64,000 bases of DNA from the human T2T-CHM13v2.0 reference genome, Homo sapiens: the NCBI RefSeq assembly GCF_009914755.1, contig NC_060929.1. One strand, 5' to 3'. The notes below the pieces were generated by a model. That model ran no database searches and was not told the origin of the DNA. It saw only the letters and a list, made by a program, of their open reading frames with translations. Position 1 is the first letter of the stretch; each line of letters opens with the position of its first letter. Below, piece after piece: positions 29,507-44,864 of this stretch. The position numbers and the translations under genes are program-made.

Positions 29507-32500
29507 CTACACATTGACTATAATAATAATAATGAAATAGACATCCCACACCCACAAACCTGCCACTGTATCACTCTTATTGTTTTCAGGACATTTGCAC
29601 TGACACTGGGCCAATTTTTGTTTTACTATAAGAGGTTTTAGGATATGTCTTTAAAAATCATACTGTGTACAAGACAGGTTGGTTACTATCAGCCACGATC
29701 ACTAACAAAACAGTTCCCCATCATCAGTCCTACCATCTGTACTCCCAGTTCTCTCCACACACGGGCTTGGTTGAACAGATTTTGAACTGGCCAAGGTCAC
29801 TGCACAGCTAGCCTCCACAGATGGGGACAGTGTGAAAAACCTAATTGCAGCTGTGGATAAACACAAACAAGGACACACATGGTTGGCAATACCCCTGTCT
29901 AGACTTGATGGTGGCTCAGTGTCACTAAGCACAAAAAACAAGGACATAGTTTCAAGGTAACTATCTCTCAGCGCTGGTACAAATGCTATCATCATGTGGT
30001 CTAAATGTCTCCGAGATATTTAAGTATCAATTTAAGAAATGGTAATAGACAAGCAATATTTCCTATCATACATACATTCTCTCAAATTCTCTAGGGAAAA
30101 AAATGCCTTTCTTAAACAAAAAGATAAAGCTTGGGAATCAGCACAGTGCCATACCCCATGTGAATGTCACAAGCATTGCCTGCACACAACACAGAAGATA
30201 CTGCATTAGGGAAAAAATGAAATATCCTCTTTCCACATATTTATTTCATATGTATCAAAATTTCCTTTTCCCACTCCCTTTCCAAAACAAATTACTTGGT
30301 TAGAGACTTTACTTTGTTTTTGTTTCAACAAAATTTAATTGGGTACACCTTCTATTCTATACCCCTAAGACACTCATCAAAATAGAATCACGCTGAAGAT
30401 GGTATCCTAGATTTTCCCCCTTGAAATACATATGGCCCTCAGGGAATGTGGATTGTCAATGTCTTTTCTAGACACTCAACATGTCTGGTCACTCAGGTTT
30501 AAAGCCAAATTGGTTATGCATTACTTTTTGAGAAGTTGTTAAAACTTAAAATAAGTTATCAAGTCAGTGATATTTCAAAAGATTGTTGATAAAAAAGAAC
30601 ATATAACTGTAACCATACTGAACAGTTGATTATAGAACGACATGTCAGTGCACATATGGCAGTCGGATAAATTACGCACATCTGGATTACTTTTGGCAAG
30701 AAACATAGCTAAGTGTCTAAAGCCAAGTTTAGCAATCTGTCACTAACAATATGTACATTTATTTTAAAATGTCAAGGGCTCAAAGTCATATTTTCTATTT
30801 CTTCATAAACTTTCCAGCTCTTCGTAAGACAGCAAACAGGTGACAAAACACATTGCCCAAACTGCCAAAGGCTGTATAAATAAGGGGTAATTTTGAACTT
30901 CTCACCACATATATAAGAGGACTCAAAGTCTGAAACAAACTCATGTGTTGTGGGATGTACTGACATATAGGTTTCAAGTGAGATTGTTACCATTTCACTT
31001 CAGAAGTTGGTTAGAAAATGCTTTCATTTAAAGATATGGCTGGCTTACATGGAGTAGTAAACAATATAACACTCTGGGGAAAGCAAATGGAAATAGTCTA
31101 GTGGTGTCTCCTTATAAAAGGAAAAGACCAGTGTCTCTGTGATCAGCTCAGATTAAGTTTCCTTTTTTCCATTGCCAATTACTGACATCATTTAAGCCCC
31201 AAAGAAATGTTTTCCTACTTCTAGTCCCCTTGATTAAAAGAAAAGCCAAGAGACACGAAGGTGGCTCTCAAACTAGCAGTAACAAGAAACTTTACAATGG
31301 GATGTATGGGCAGCAGCCAGGTGGGAATGTAGCAGTACCTGTAAGCACAAAACTCCTCTTGACTATTATGCTGCTTCCTAGTTTTTCTAGCATTCCAAGC
31401 TTCTTAACAGCTTCAGTGGGAATGCCAAGATATGTCATGGAGACTGGGTGGGGTCCCGTCATTCCAGGTGTTGCCTTCCAGTCTCATTTGTGCTGGCAGC
31501 AGAGAAAAACCAGAGTGGAACTATTTTATTTACAGAGTGATAGCTGAATATTCACTCTGTGTCAGTCTTTCTTCTAGCTCACCCATTTGGTAATTTTACT
31601 GTTGACTAGCATCTTTACTATATACCAGATCTGGATTATAACATGTTCAAATGGTGTGGGTGCTGGGAAATCCTGTGTCTCTAAATCATACAGATTGGTA
31701 TTCAAACACCAGGTCCACTGCTTACAAACTGAGCCTCATCTAAAGAAGGAGGATGATTATGAAGCACCTACTTCACAGTGTGGCTGTGAGAACTAAATGC
31801 CTAAAACCTACAATACATCCAAAAATAGTGGCTATAATCATTTCTGTTCCTTTTCTCCTTCTTAAAGTGACAGACTGGGACTAATAAAGTCCACAAACCA
31901 CAGATTGTCAATAAAATGTTGTAAATCCAAGAGTAAGCTAATAAACAACTGAGAAGAAGGAAGAAGAATAAAGAAGATAAGATCCTAAGAGGAAAAGATA
32001 TTTAACTTTTAATTTTTATCTGCTTTTCTGCTTTTGTAAAGTTTGATGCATAAAGCTATTGAAATCTATGTGAGCTTAAGTGTCTTTCCCTGATGAAATA
32101 AATAAAAGACAATTGCCTGTGTTATTAAGAAAAGGCACATGTTTTCAGAACTGTCAGTTTCTATTATTCAAGTCAGAGAGATTTTAATTTAATAGTATTA
32201 GAGGCAGAGTGAAAAATACATCTATTTCCTTCTTAATTTTGATATTTTCTATTTGACTCTGAAGCTTAATTTTTAAGTTATATCACATTAAAAATGCTCA
32301 AATAAAAGACACATATAAAAAGGTAAAAGAGTAAAAAGAATTTTAAATTAAATGAGTCCATTTGCCCATATTTCACTTCCCCAGGTCTCAGTGGTAGCAA
32401 TCTTCACATACTATTAATGTTCTTTAGTCTTTTACTCCTTACACTCCTGAGGAATTTTATATCCCCACAAGACACAAAAACTCTAGAAATATAAATTAAG

Positions 32501-32981
32501 AGAAACACTCACAGAAAAACCCAAAGCAGATCTGACAGAATGATTCTTAGTACAGAATACAGGAAAAAAAAAAAAAAAAAAAAAAAAAGTCCTGGCCTAT
32601 CATTATACTGTATTACTTTAAATAAGTTAAAGTCTCCTGGCCCAAAGAAGCTATTATAAGATAATTTATAATTTAGATGGTTAAATGAATGTTCATGATC
32701 TTTGCCAAGTTCAGGACAATAAATATAGGGGGTTCTTCCAACCCTAGGAATCTGTTATTGTCACTAGACAAACAAGGTAGGCTTGAGAAAACTGATATAC
32801 TTTCCCCAGGTAGACGTGAAGCTTCTTCATATTGAATTACAGAAGTAAAGTTTTAGTGAATACTACTTTACATAATTTTTCTATCACGGTCATTTAAGAT
32901 TTTATTCACAAGGCAGCCAAAGGCGAAAAGCAAAAACAGAAGCTAGAACAAAACAGTCTTTGGGTTAATAATATATATTCC

Positions 32982-33283
32982 TTTTTTTTTTTTGAGATAG
33001 GGTCTCACTTTGTTCCCCAGGCTGGAGTCAGTGCCACGATCTTGGCTCACTGCAACCTCCACCTCCTCCGCCTCCTGGGTTCAAGTGATTCTCATGCCTC
33101 AGCCTTCTGAGTAGCTGGGACCACAGGTGTGCACCACCACACCTGGCTAATTTTTGTATTTTTAGTAGAGATGGGGTTTTGGCATGTTGGCCAGGCTGTT
33201 CTCGAACTCCTGGCCTCAGGTAATCTGCCCACTTTGGCTTCCCAAAGTGCTGGGATTACAGGTGTGGGCCACTGCACCCAGTC
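32982..33283 (-). mobile_element. AluS
   Basis: Full dimer with poly(T). Confidence 0.93.
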
Positions 33284-33631
33284 ATATAGTTCATGTGGAG
33301 TTTTAAAATTGTAGTAATTTAATCTTGTATTTAAGTTATACCCTTAATAAGTACCATATTAAATGTGGTAAAATGAAGAGTACGGACTAGGTAAGAGGAT
33401 AAGATCTAGAATTAGAAAGACCTGGATTTATACACTGACTCTGCAGTTTGTCTTTTAACACATTATACTACCTTATATCTATTCATAATAAATTATGTAT
33501 CTGAATAAGTGTGTGTGCATGTGTAAATAATACATACACACGCACCACAGAGTTGGTACAACGATTAAATGAGTACCCAGCACAATGCTTGGCAGACACT
33601 CAATAGCAAACTAAGAAATCAGGATAATATA

Positions 33632-33994
<363 letters not shown>

Positions 33995-36900
33995 TCATAT
34001 CATAATATAAGTCAATATTAAATCCTTTCTGATGAACTATTTGAAATAGTGACAAAGAACATATACAAACTCTTTGAGAAAGTATTCCTCACTGCAGAAT
34101 TAAATCACAAGTAAGAATCCTGTAAAAAAAATCACCTTCTCAAGGCCAAAACTTACATTTTTAGCTGACATCTCGTTACAATGGTACTACGTTCTAATAG
34201 ATTGTGGAGGTATATAATTACAACACTTAAAAGATGAAACTAAATGAAAAATAAAATTCATAGTGTTAATAGAGTCCAATGTAGGAGTGCTTTTTTTTTT
34301 TAATCCCCCAAACTATGTACAAAACATCCATGGAGGAAGACATCAGCGTTAATTCCTAAAAAGGCTCCTGTGCTCATCAAGAGGCCTCCAACCACTGGAC
34401 CACTGCAGTTGCCACATAATCTGTCTGAAGCAAATTCTTCCTCTTAGCAGTTGCTGAAGGAGTGGTGACTTCTTATTAGCTTCCCTTATGAGAACATCTT
34501 CTATGCTACGCAGGATGTTTCAAGTAACCCCAAAGATGTTTAGTTGTGCTTCATCATCATAAATGAAGACTTAACAGGGAGAAATTAAGAGTACCGTTAA
34601 ATTTTTCTTATGCCTGTTAACATATTGTCATTCATTTACTCAAGTTCTTCAAACTCTGACCTCCTTTTGGCTGGAATGCAACAGGATGAAGGATGATACC
34701 TTCTCAAACTGTGATGTTTATTTAAGGATATCTGCTACTCAAAGAAAGAAAATGAATGTGGTAGGAATATCATGAAAATAACACGGAAAACATGGCTCCA
34801 GAGAAGCAACGTAAAAAGTGTCTTACCAGGCCCAAGTAGAAAATCACCCTCTTTAGACAGTTCATTAAACTTTTCAGAGATTAATCACTAGAGAGATTAT
34901 AGCAGTGGCTATGAAATTTATGGAAGCATTCCCCCAGAAAAATGAACGCAGACACTGAGCCATAAATGTAAAGAACTCAAAAGGAAGCAATCTACCTTCC
35001 AAACAAGTGTTGAAAAGGTCTGAAGGAATTTGGTTGTCTATGTCAGCCATTATACGGGGAAACATGATGCTCACTGTTCTAAGGGGAAAAATGTTCAAAC
35101 ATGTATACTAAATGTTGCCCTGGGGTTCTCATTACTTAATTAACATGCACACATAAAATCTGGAGTGTGTACAACAACAGCTAGCCTTAATAATAGGTAA
35201 GTCGCGTCAGTCTCTTTTTCTAATATTCTATTTTAAGTTGTGAACCTTAATCCAGGTAAGCTGTCTGTCATTTGGCAAAGATGTGAGGTTTTCTCAGGAA
35301 AGGGTAGGTATGTAAGGCAGCTCTATCATGACCTGATTTTTAACTACCTTTCAAGGGATATTTTACAATGTTTTTGTGAACACTCTGGTGGATTCTGGGA
35401 CCTTAAGACGCCATTTCTTTGGAAATATGTAATTAATAAAGCGTTATGGGAAAGATGTGTGATGACAATGTCTTTCTTGAGTTATGCTAATTTGATTACA
35501 ATAAATTTAAGTAAATTCTAAAGTAATTATTTCTTTCAAATAACAGCATTTCCAGTATTTAAAGGAACTGTCCCCACAAGAGTCTTCTGAATTGAATTTA
35601 ATTTGTCTATTACTTATAATATGCTCTTAAGTTTAACAAAAAGCAAGCACAATGAGTTATTCCTAACACCCAAATTGATGGGGTTTTCTCATTACTGAAT
35701 CTCATCTGCTCCTAAGTATGCTTACATTGTAATCAACTGAAAACCCTCAGAATAGCTTTTGCTTAGGATATACGTTGTGCTTACTCCACGGGCTGGTCTG
35801 AATAAAAGCAAAGTGTAGAACCCAGGACAAGTCAGACAGTAGCAGTACCACACTCTCTGTATATAATTCATTGTCCAACACCATATGAGTGAAGAAACAA
35901 CACGAACGACCACACACAAAACCTTCAAGTCACTAAATGATACACACAGGAAGCTCAGTAACTCCTTCGGGGTAAATTTTATTTTAAATTTCTATTTAGA
36001 CACATATGAGAAGGCATACTAGTACTCCACACATTAGTTTTAAAAGCATTGGCCCATGGCAAATATTCAACCCTGACTCTATCCTTACTTCATGGGATGG
36101 CATAAGACAGGAGTATCCTCCAAAATTTCTGACCTCCCTAACATTAATAGCTAAAATGACTATTCTCGCTAAAGTAACATTGACTGAACATTTCCTAAAC
36201 AAAACAATTATAATGAGCATCATTCTCAACTACCAAAAACATCTTAATAGATGCAAAATATTAAATCATAAATAAAAATAATCACATATAAGCTAACTCA
36301 CTATCCTAGTAAACCTTGATAGCATAAAAATCAGCTTAAAATAATCATTAAATTTTATTACAATTAAGTGCTATTATAAATAACATGCTTGTTTTAGTAG
36401 TAAAGTATCGCTTAACTAAAGTGATAAAAGGGGGAAATAATTATTTAAATGAATTACTATCAATACCTTATTTAATTCAAAAGAATTCAGTGGTTTGTGC
36501 ATTTCACTAAAACATCAGATTTAATTTACTGTTATTTTTAAAAAGTAAACGATATTTACAGATTAATAGCAAGTATTTAAAATTTTACAATTTTAAATTA
36601 CAATTTATATAAAAATAAATGATCAGAATAAAGTCAGATGCTGGAATAGTCATACATGTATTAATTCCTATATTATACCATTATTTTTAGTTCCTGAAAA
36701 TAAGTTGGCTTTTTGTCATCTCATCCCTTTGCTATGATTTCGCTGGATAATTATGCACTGAAGTTCATTACTCAAAGCATCCAGTTGTTGAACAGAATCA
36801 AAATCACCCAACCCAATAACCACAGAGTAAAGAATTGAAAGAAAATTGGATATAACCATGGATCTTAACAGAAACAAGTAACAAGCAAATAGGGCCCAAT

Positions 36901-37190
36901 ATTAAGTGCTAATGCAAAATTCCATTGCCTTCTTTTCACTTGCAAACCTACACAATGTCAACATTTTCTGAAACTGATTTTGAATAATCCCTCTTATTTT
37001 CAAGTATAGGAAAATTAAGATATATTGATGAGAAAAAAAATTCTATCATTTCCCTTTCTAAATGCTATTTTCAAATGAACAAGATAGATAGATACCTGTA
37101 GAAAATTGGGCAGTGAGTACAGGCAGTGATGTAAACTGTATTAGAACACCAAAAATTCAAAATAAAAACAAATTTAAAGATGCATATTAA

Positions 37191-37534
<344 letters not shown>

Positions 37535-38375
37535 TTAATTTAATCATTTAGTCCTTTAGGAAATGACCTTCTATGAATGCTATGAGCACTTTCTATGAAC
37601 AAGGCCCTATATTAGGTATATGTGAATCACCATGTACTTCCAAGGAAGTGTAATCACTTTCAATAAAACACAGGACATAGGAATTCTAAAGTTGAAACAG
37701 CTTTGGGTATTCTGTTAGATAGGAATACTTTTGAAGACTAACAATTTTTAAATATTGCACTAGAGAGAGGTGAAGAGTTGAAAGGATTAGAGACAGAAAC
37801 AAAAGACATCGCTGCTACGCACATAATTCATTCAGTGCTGCTGGTTACAAATGATATGGTATTCAAGTTACTTTTTCAAGCTTTTCATTTTTATGCATAA
37901 TTTCTTCAAAGATGCCTTTGGGGATGGACAATTTCAGCCAGTAAATTATTTTTTACATAAGCATTTAGGTATGGCTATAAAATCATTTTTGCTTGTATCA
38001 TGTTCTCATCATCCCCAAGAAAAACCCCATCGTCCCCAAGAAGAAAAAGGCCTAACGTTTTGTGTTTTTAGATTTTAACTTCATCTGAAATAATAATAGA
38101 AACATGTTAAAACCAACTATTTGAGCATTAATAAATTTCTAATAATATTCATATTCAAAGTAGTTCAAAATTCATAAAATATAAATATCAAACAGGGAGT
38201 ACAAAAAAACCCTGAGATGTCTATTCATCACAGCAAATTCAGCTGAGTGCTCTGAAACTCCCCCTGTCCTTTAAATGTCACAACAAAGGAGTGAGGACAA
38301 TTCTCTTCATTCATCAGAAGAAGATGGGGACCTGAACGTTTTCTAAATTTCAAGTCTATAAGCATCTTAGTTTTC

Positions 38376-38656
38376 CAGGAAGTCCACGATCAAGACGCCA
38401 AATGGTCAGTTTCTGGTGAGACCTCTCCTGGCATGCAGATGGCCACTTCCTAGCTGTGTCTTCACGTAGGGAAAAAGAGAGCTCTTTCACTCCTTCTTCC
38501 TCTTAAGGCCATCAACCCTATCAAATGAGGATCTTACCCTTATGACCTCATTTAGCCTTAATTTACTTCCTAAAAACCCTATCTCCAAATATAGTCATGT
38601 TGGGTGTTAGGACTTCAACATATGAACTGGGGGAAGGGCACAAGTTGGTCCATAAC
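38376..38656 (-). mobile_element. MLT1A-like LTR fragment
   Basis: 'gaagtccacgatcaag…tctggtgag…cccttatgacctcattta…ttaggacttcaacatatgaa'. Confidence 0.75.
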
Positions 38657-38947
38657 TTAAATCAAAAATTATGTCCTATGTCATTCATGAAAGTATGCGT
38701 TATATAAAGGATTTTTGTGTCAAGTTATTGGTTATTGTGTGATGCCCATTTAGCCTTAGTTTGAAAACTTTTAACAAAGCAGTTAAAAGTATTCAATCTA
38801 TTTGTTTGAAATAACTCCTTCCATGGGTACTCTACTAATGATGGAATTGTATCATAAGCATATTAAACTTGAGAAAGAAAGAACTGAAACAGTCCCTTAC
38901 CACCGCTCCATCTGAATTTATGTTCTGAAGATGGAAGACATGAATCC

Positions 38948-39652
<705 letters not shown>

Positions 39653-42600
39653 CTAATGGGTCTCAGTTCTCTGGGGCTTCTCATGATGAGAACACTTCCA
39701 CTACAGTGTGTGATTCTAGTATTTAAAAACGAGTATTCTTTTTCATCCTGACCCTTGAATGCAAATCAAATACTACATCTTGTGCATAACAGGAGAAATA
39801 GGAGAATGCTCCACTGTTGGAAAGAAAACTACAGCATGAAAGTTCTAAAATATTTTCAAAGGGAATTTTAACTTTTTATGATTTTTCTCCTTATAGGTTG
39901 ACTTTTTTTTAACCACCATAATATTCGCTGTGGTTTTAGAAGTTTTACCCTTTCAAAAACTACATATACATACGTGTGTGTATAGACAGATACTCACATT
40001 TGGAAGGAAAAAATCCTGGTAACATTTTAAATTATCATCATGAAAAAGTACCTCTTGTGACTGCAAGTTGAATATGTTCTATCTTCCAGAGATACACTAA
40101 AGACACATAATCTAATCAACTCCTACCAAGATAAAACAGGAAGAAGCCCTCACACCAGCCCCTTGGCTCTCCTTTTTTTCTGTGTTTTTCTCCTCTTTGT
40201 TTCTGAGTGTATATTGCTCTTGCACCTTTAATGCTCAGAAGGAAGATGAAGCTTCAGCTAAGGCCTTACTTTTTCCTTCTCAAGCCTCATATTTAGAGGG
40301 GGGAAAATTAGATGCAAAATCACCTTTTGATTATATGCAAATTTGTCAAATTTTTCCATTAAATGGTATATTAAGGAAATAGAGGCTGCTGAAGAATTGG
40401 GCATAGTAAAAGACCTAGATTTGAACTAATTTTATCATTTTATTTCTGACTCTGGAGGAGTGGCTACCTTTGTTGAAAATATGGGAAAAATGAAAAGACA
40501 GATGAGGCCTACGAATCTTCATATTTTACAGTAAAAATAAGGGAAACAGAAAGAAAAATATGTAAGCAAATGTGGTATGTTTAAAGGTTAGGATTTCACA
40601 CAATGCATTTATTTTTCTCACTAGTTATGTTTGACAATGGGGCTTAATTTACCAAGGAAGAAATAACCATGACGTCTTTCTACTGTCTAGAGAACAAATC
40701 AAAGAATTGTATTTCATGAGCAGTGCCTTCCAATTAAAAAAGAAGAATAAAGGAAAGAGAAAAGCTCATATATTCTGTTGAGTGTGTAGCAAATACATAG
40801 TACCACTGTGGCTATTTAAACAATTGAGGCTAATGGAACTAAGGAGAACTTCTAATGCAACTGAAATTGATGCAATGGTACACTTTAATTTTTAAGTGTT
40901 TCTCTTAAATATTCTATGCAATAGGGATTGAGTGCTCATTTGATTAACTTATTGCAGGGATGGTTGCGCAAGAATTAAATGTGCTTTGGCTGGACATTGA
41001 CAATGAAATGAATCTGAATATACTTAAATGTGATATATACTGTTGCTTTGGGTCAAAAGCTTTTTCATGAGAAAATATCACCAATTAACTAAAATCAAAG
41101 AGAAAATGTCATTTTCTCCTCATTTAGGTTCTTTTAGGAATACATTAACTATATTATCAGTGCAGCACCTGTCTTTATTAATAATAGATGTAAATGTTGG
41201 TTCTCTGAGCTGTCAAACTTACAACTCAAACTTCCTAAAGTAAATCGATAACTATAATACATGACTATAATAATGTAGAACTGTGAGTTCTGCAAAATAT
41301 CTAATAAGTTTTGAGTACCATTTAATCTGGGAGTTTTTGTTTCAAAGGACAACAATACCTCAGAAAAGGTTTATCACTGATGAGTTGTTCATTATTCAAT
41401 GAAGATTTATCATACATTTGCTAAAATTAAATGGAGTAGGGAGGGGGCTGGAGAATTAATCATACAGAAAAGAAGATGACTGAATGATCTATATGGGGGT
41501 AGTAATCCCCACACTGCCAGCGTTTATTCCATAGCCAGGGTGCCATGGGAACCAAGGGGCTGAGTCGCCCAGTCTTTGGGAGGAGTCTCATCTCAGAGGA
41601 AACCAGGAAGTCTTCCAGGAGGACCACTGGACATTAGCCAGGCTAGGGGTGAAGGGCAGGGGCACTGCAGGCCCTTGGAGTGCTCTTGTACAATTAGCCT
41701 TAGCCAGTGGGCTTGGCACTCTCAGCCTGTGTAACCAAACCCAGAAGGGGTCTAGAAGGCCTTTCAGGACACCGTATGCTTCAGAATAGGAGCGGATTCT
41801 CAGTCCACAGATGGTTCCTGATAGAGTGGCTGGGTGGGGTAAGACTATTCTTGGGCTCATCTAGTCTTAGAGATCTGGAGACTCCCAGAGGGGTGGAGGA
41901 GTAGGATACTTTTGGGGCCACTACAGTGGTACTGACTCTTCAAAAAAAAAAAAAAAAGAGAGACTGTAACTTAAAGTGATCTAAATTTATTCATTTTTAA
42001 GGGAAAAAGCACAACAGAAAGAACAATCACTCTGTCTACCCTTTCTCCTCAACGCTGCCCCTCGACATCTCCCTGGGAGAAGCTGTAAGACTGCCATTGT
42101 TTTTGTACGACCCCCAGATGCACAAAGTTGTGGGGAGCCTTCACATTGCCATCTCCCCTCCAGAGCCAGATTTGTCTGTGGCATTAGTGCACTGAAAGCT
42201 GAGGGGTAGGGTTGGGTATTCTCTGGAGGACAAAGTGCTAATGCTCAGTAATTCTGCAAACATATGAAGACAACATTGCCTACCTGCCAAGGGTGTGGCA
42301 CCATGTTCTGGCGAAAAAAACTGCAACTGATTTCACTCATCCAAGCAAATTCTTAGGGTGTAATGGGAGTTGAAAAACATCATCTTGGAACCTACTAAAG
42401 GGACAAACATGATATGAAAATGATTGGGCGGGAGAGGCCATATTTATGAATCCTTAGTGAGGCTGTTTTATGGTTCAGATATTATGGCTTTGGCTAATGT
42501 CTGAGTATATGTATACACAGATTTTAATAAAAACAACCGTGAAATTTGAGAATCCACTTCACTGAAATTATAGAACAAATATATCTTGGATACTACATTT

Positions 42601-43437
42601 TGCGTAAGGCTGCAGTCATTCCCTTTGGGTGAACTGAAATGACACTGCTACCATGTCTTTTCTGTACAGAACAGGGAAACAATGACAATAAGAATAAATG
42701 AATTGTTTAACCCTGTGAGCTTCAGAATGCTTAGCAAACTACTGTGAATCAAAAGATACTACAGAACAATCTTTGGCTTTACTTGACAGTATTTAACAGG
42801 TCTTATAAGTCTATTTATTTTATTTATTAGTCCTTTATTTTACTCCCAATGACCTCATTTCCTTCTCCTTTGCTATAGTTTACAGCAAAGCAATTTGAAA
42901 TAGCAAATCAAAATATTATCCGAGGACAAAATGTAATAAATGCAGAAATTGAGAATAAGTTTTTTTAGAAATTTTTGTTGCAGTGTGACATAGCTGTGAC
43001 TCCCAAATATATAATCAGTGGCTTCATGTCACTGAACGTACAGACTAAAATTGCCAGTTGGTGATGAATTAGGGAGGAAACATGGGTATTTCCCCACAAA
43101 TATTTTTATTAGTATTGGTTTAAAACATCTGGCAATTGTACATAAAATATTTTTAAATTCCCTTCAGCTATCAATATATAAATTATTGCAAAATTTATTA
43201 GGCTAACACTTTCTAACTTGTACTCTTAGATACAGAATAAAGATATTCTTGGTATCTGGAACACTGTAGTTGCTTCCATTGTCTTTGGCAGGTTTTCACT
43301 AGGAGAATGGTCAGCGCCATAGGTGGTAACCACGGCTTAGAAGAAAAGAGAAGAGGTGGATGGGTCCCAGGAGAGGCAGACTGAAATACCTATATTCTCT
43401 CCTAAGCGTCCCATGGCTCCAGGCACCACACATGAGC

Positions 43438-43732
43438 TTTTTTTTTTTTTTAGATGGCGTTTCACTCTTTTTGCCCAGGCTGGAGTGCAATGGTGCTATC
43501 TAGGCTCACCGCAACCTCCCTCTCCTGGGTTCAAGCAATTCTCCTGCCTCAGCCTCCTGAGTAGCTGAGATTACAGGCATGCGCCACCACGCCTGGCTAA
43601 TTTTGTATTTTTAGTAGAGACGGGGTTTCTCCATGTTGGTCAGAGTGGTCTCGACCTCCCGACCTCAGGTGATCCGCCCGCCTCGGCCTTCCAAAGTGCT
43701 GGGATTACAGCCATGAGCCACCGTACTTGGCC
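43438..43732 (-). mobile_element. AluSp-like
   Basis: Sp-type 'caccgcaacc' and 'tttctccatgttggtc'; ACACAT(G/A)AGCTTT flanks both ends. Confidence 0.93.
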
Positions 43733-44575
43733 TCTACACATAAGCTTTAGCATCTGGATACTTCAGCTAATCTGGGACAGGTCCAATGAATATTTCCACA
43801 GTTTATCACTTTGGAAGTTATAGGCTTTTTTCAAAATCCCCTTTAATTGCTTATTAGTTCTATAGCTCTATAAAGGCAAATAGCCTCATCCTGCTCATAG
43901 GAACTTTAGGGAAGTGCTTTACAATCTCCAGCCTTCAAGACATTGAGACAATGAAAAGGCCTTTTTTTTTTTTTAAGTATATGTGTTTCGCAGTAGCTTA
44001 AATAGACATTTACCAGATGTAAATTTTATCAGGCTTTGTGTTGAAGAGATTTCTTCAAGTGGTGATTGTTGACTCTAACTGTAATGTATTTTATGATCTC
44101 TCCAGATAGAATAGGAGGGAAAAATGAGAATATTAACCCTTCCTCTACCTGCTATTAGTTAATCCTAACAAATACTCTATGAAACATACATGCTATAGCC
44201 AAAAAATACACACTGGTCCGCTATACTAGAAGCAAAAGAAATCAGAATGGGTTAAAAAAAACAAGGCAACTAGCCTAATGATACGTACAATGAATTTGGC
44301 CTTCATTTTTCTAGGCTCTGGGTTTGCTTTTCACAAAAACTGGAATCAAGTTCCTCTAGGCGGTTGACTTAATGATTTGAAAACAGTAGTATAAACAAAA
44401 CATGAAGCCACATGGGAGAGACGAGGAATTTATATATGCAAAGTCAACACATACTTTATGGCTAAATAATTTTCATGGTTTTAATAATTTAAAAAATGTT
44501 CAAAGCTGAATTAATAGATGATTTTCATGTTAAACCTGGGTAAGCAGAAGTAAGGTGTTTAAGAACTCAGAGTCA

Positions 44576-44864
<289 letters not shown>

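Noticed and set aside
32564-32588. Orphan A25 tract as a possible retrocopy tail
   Set aside because: No TSD and no upstream retroelement or mRNA body is visible.
41377-41410. CTGATGA followed by a weak stem (also at 60184)
   Set aside because: No GAAA, no stems I or III and no cleavage triplet, so not a hammerhead.
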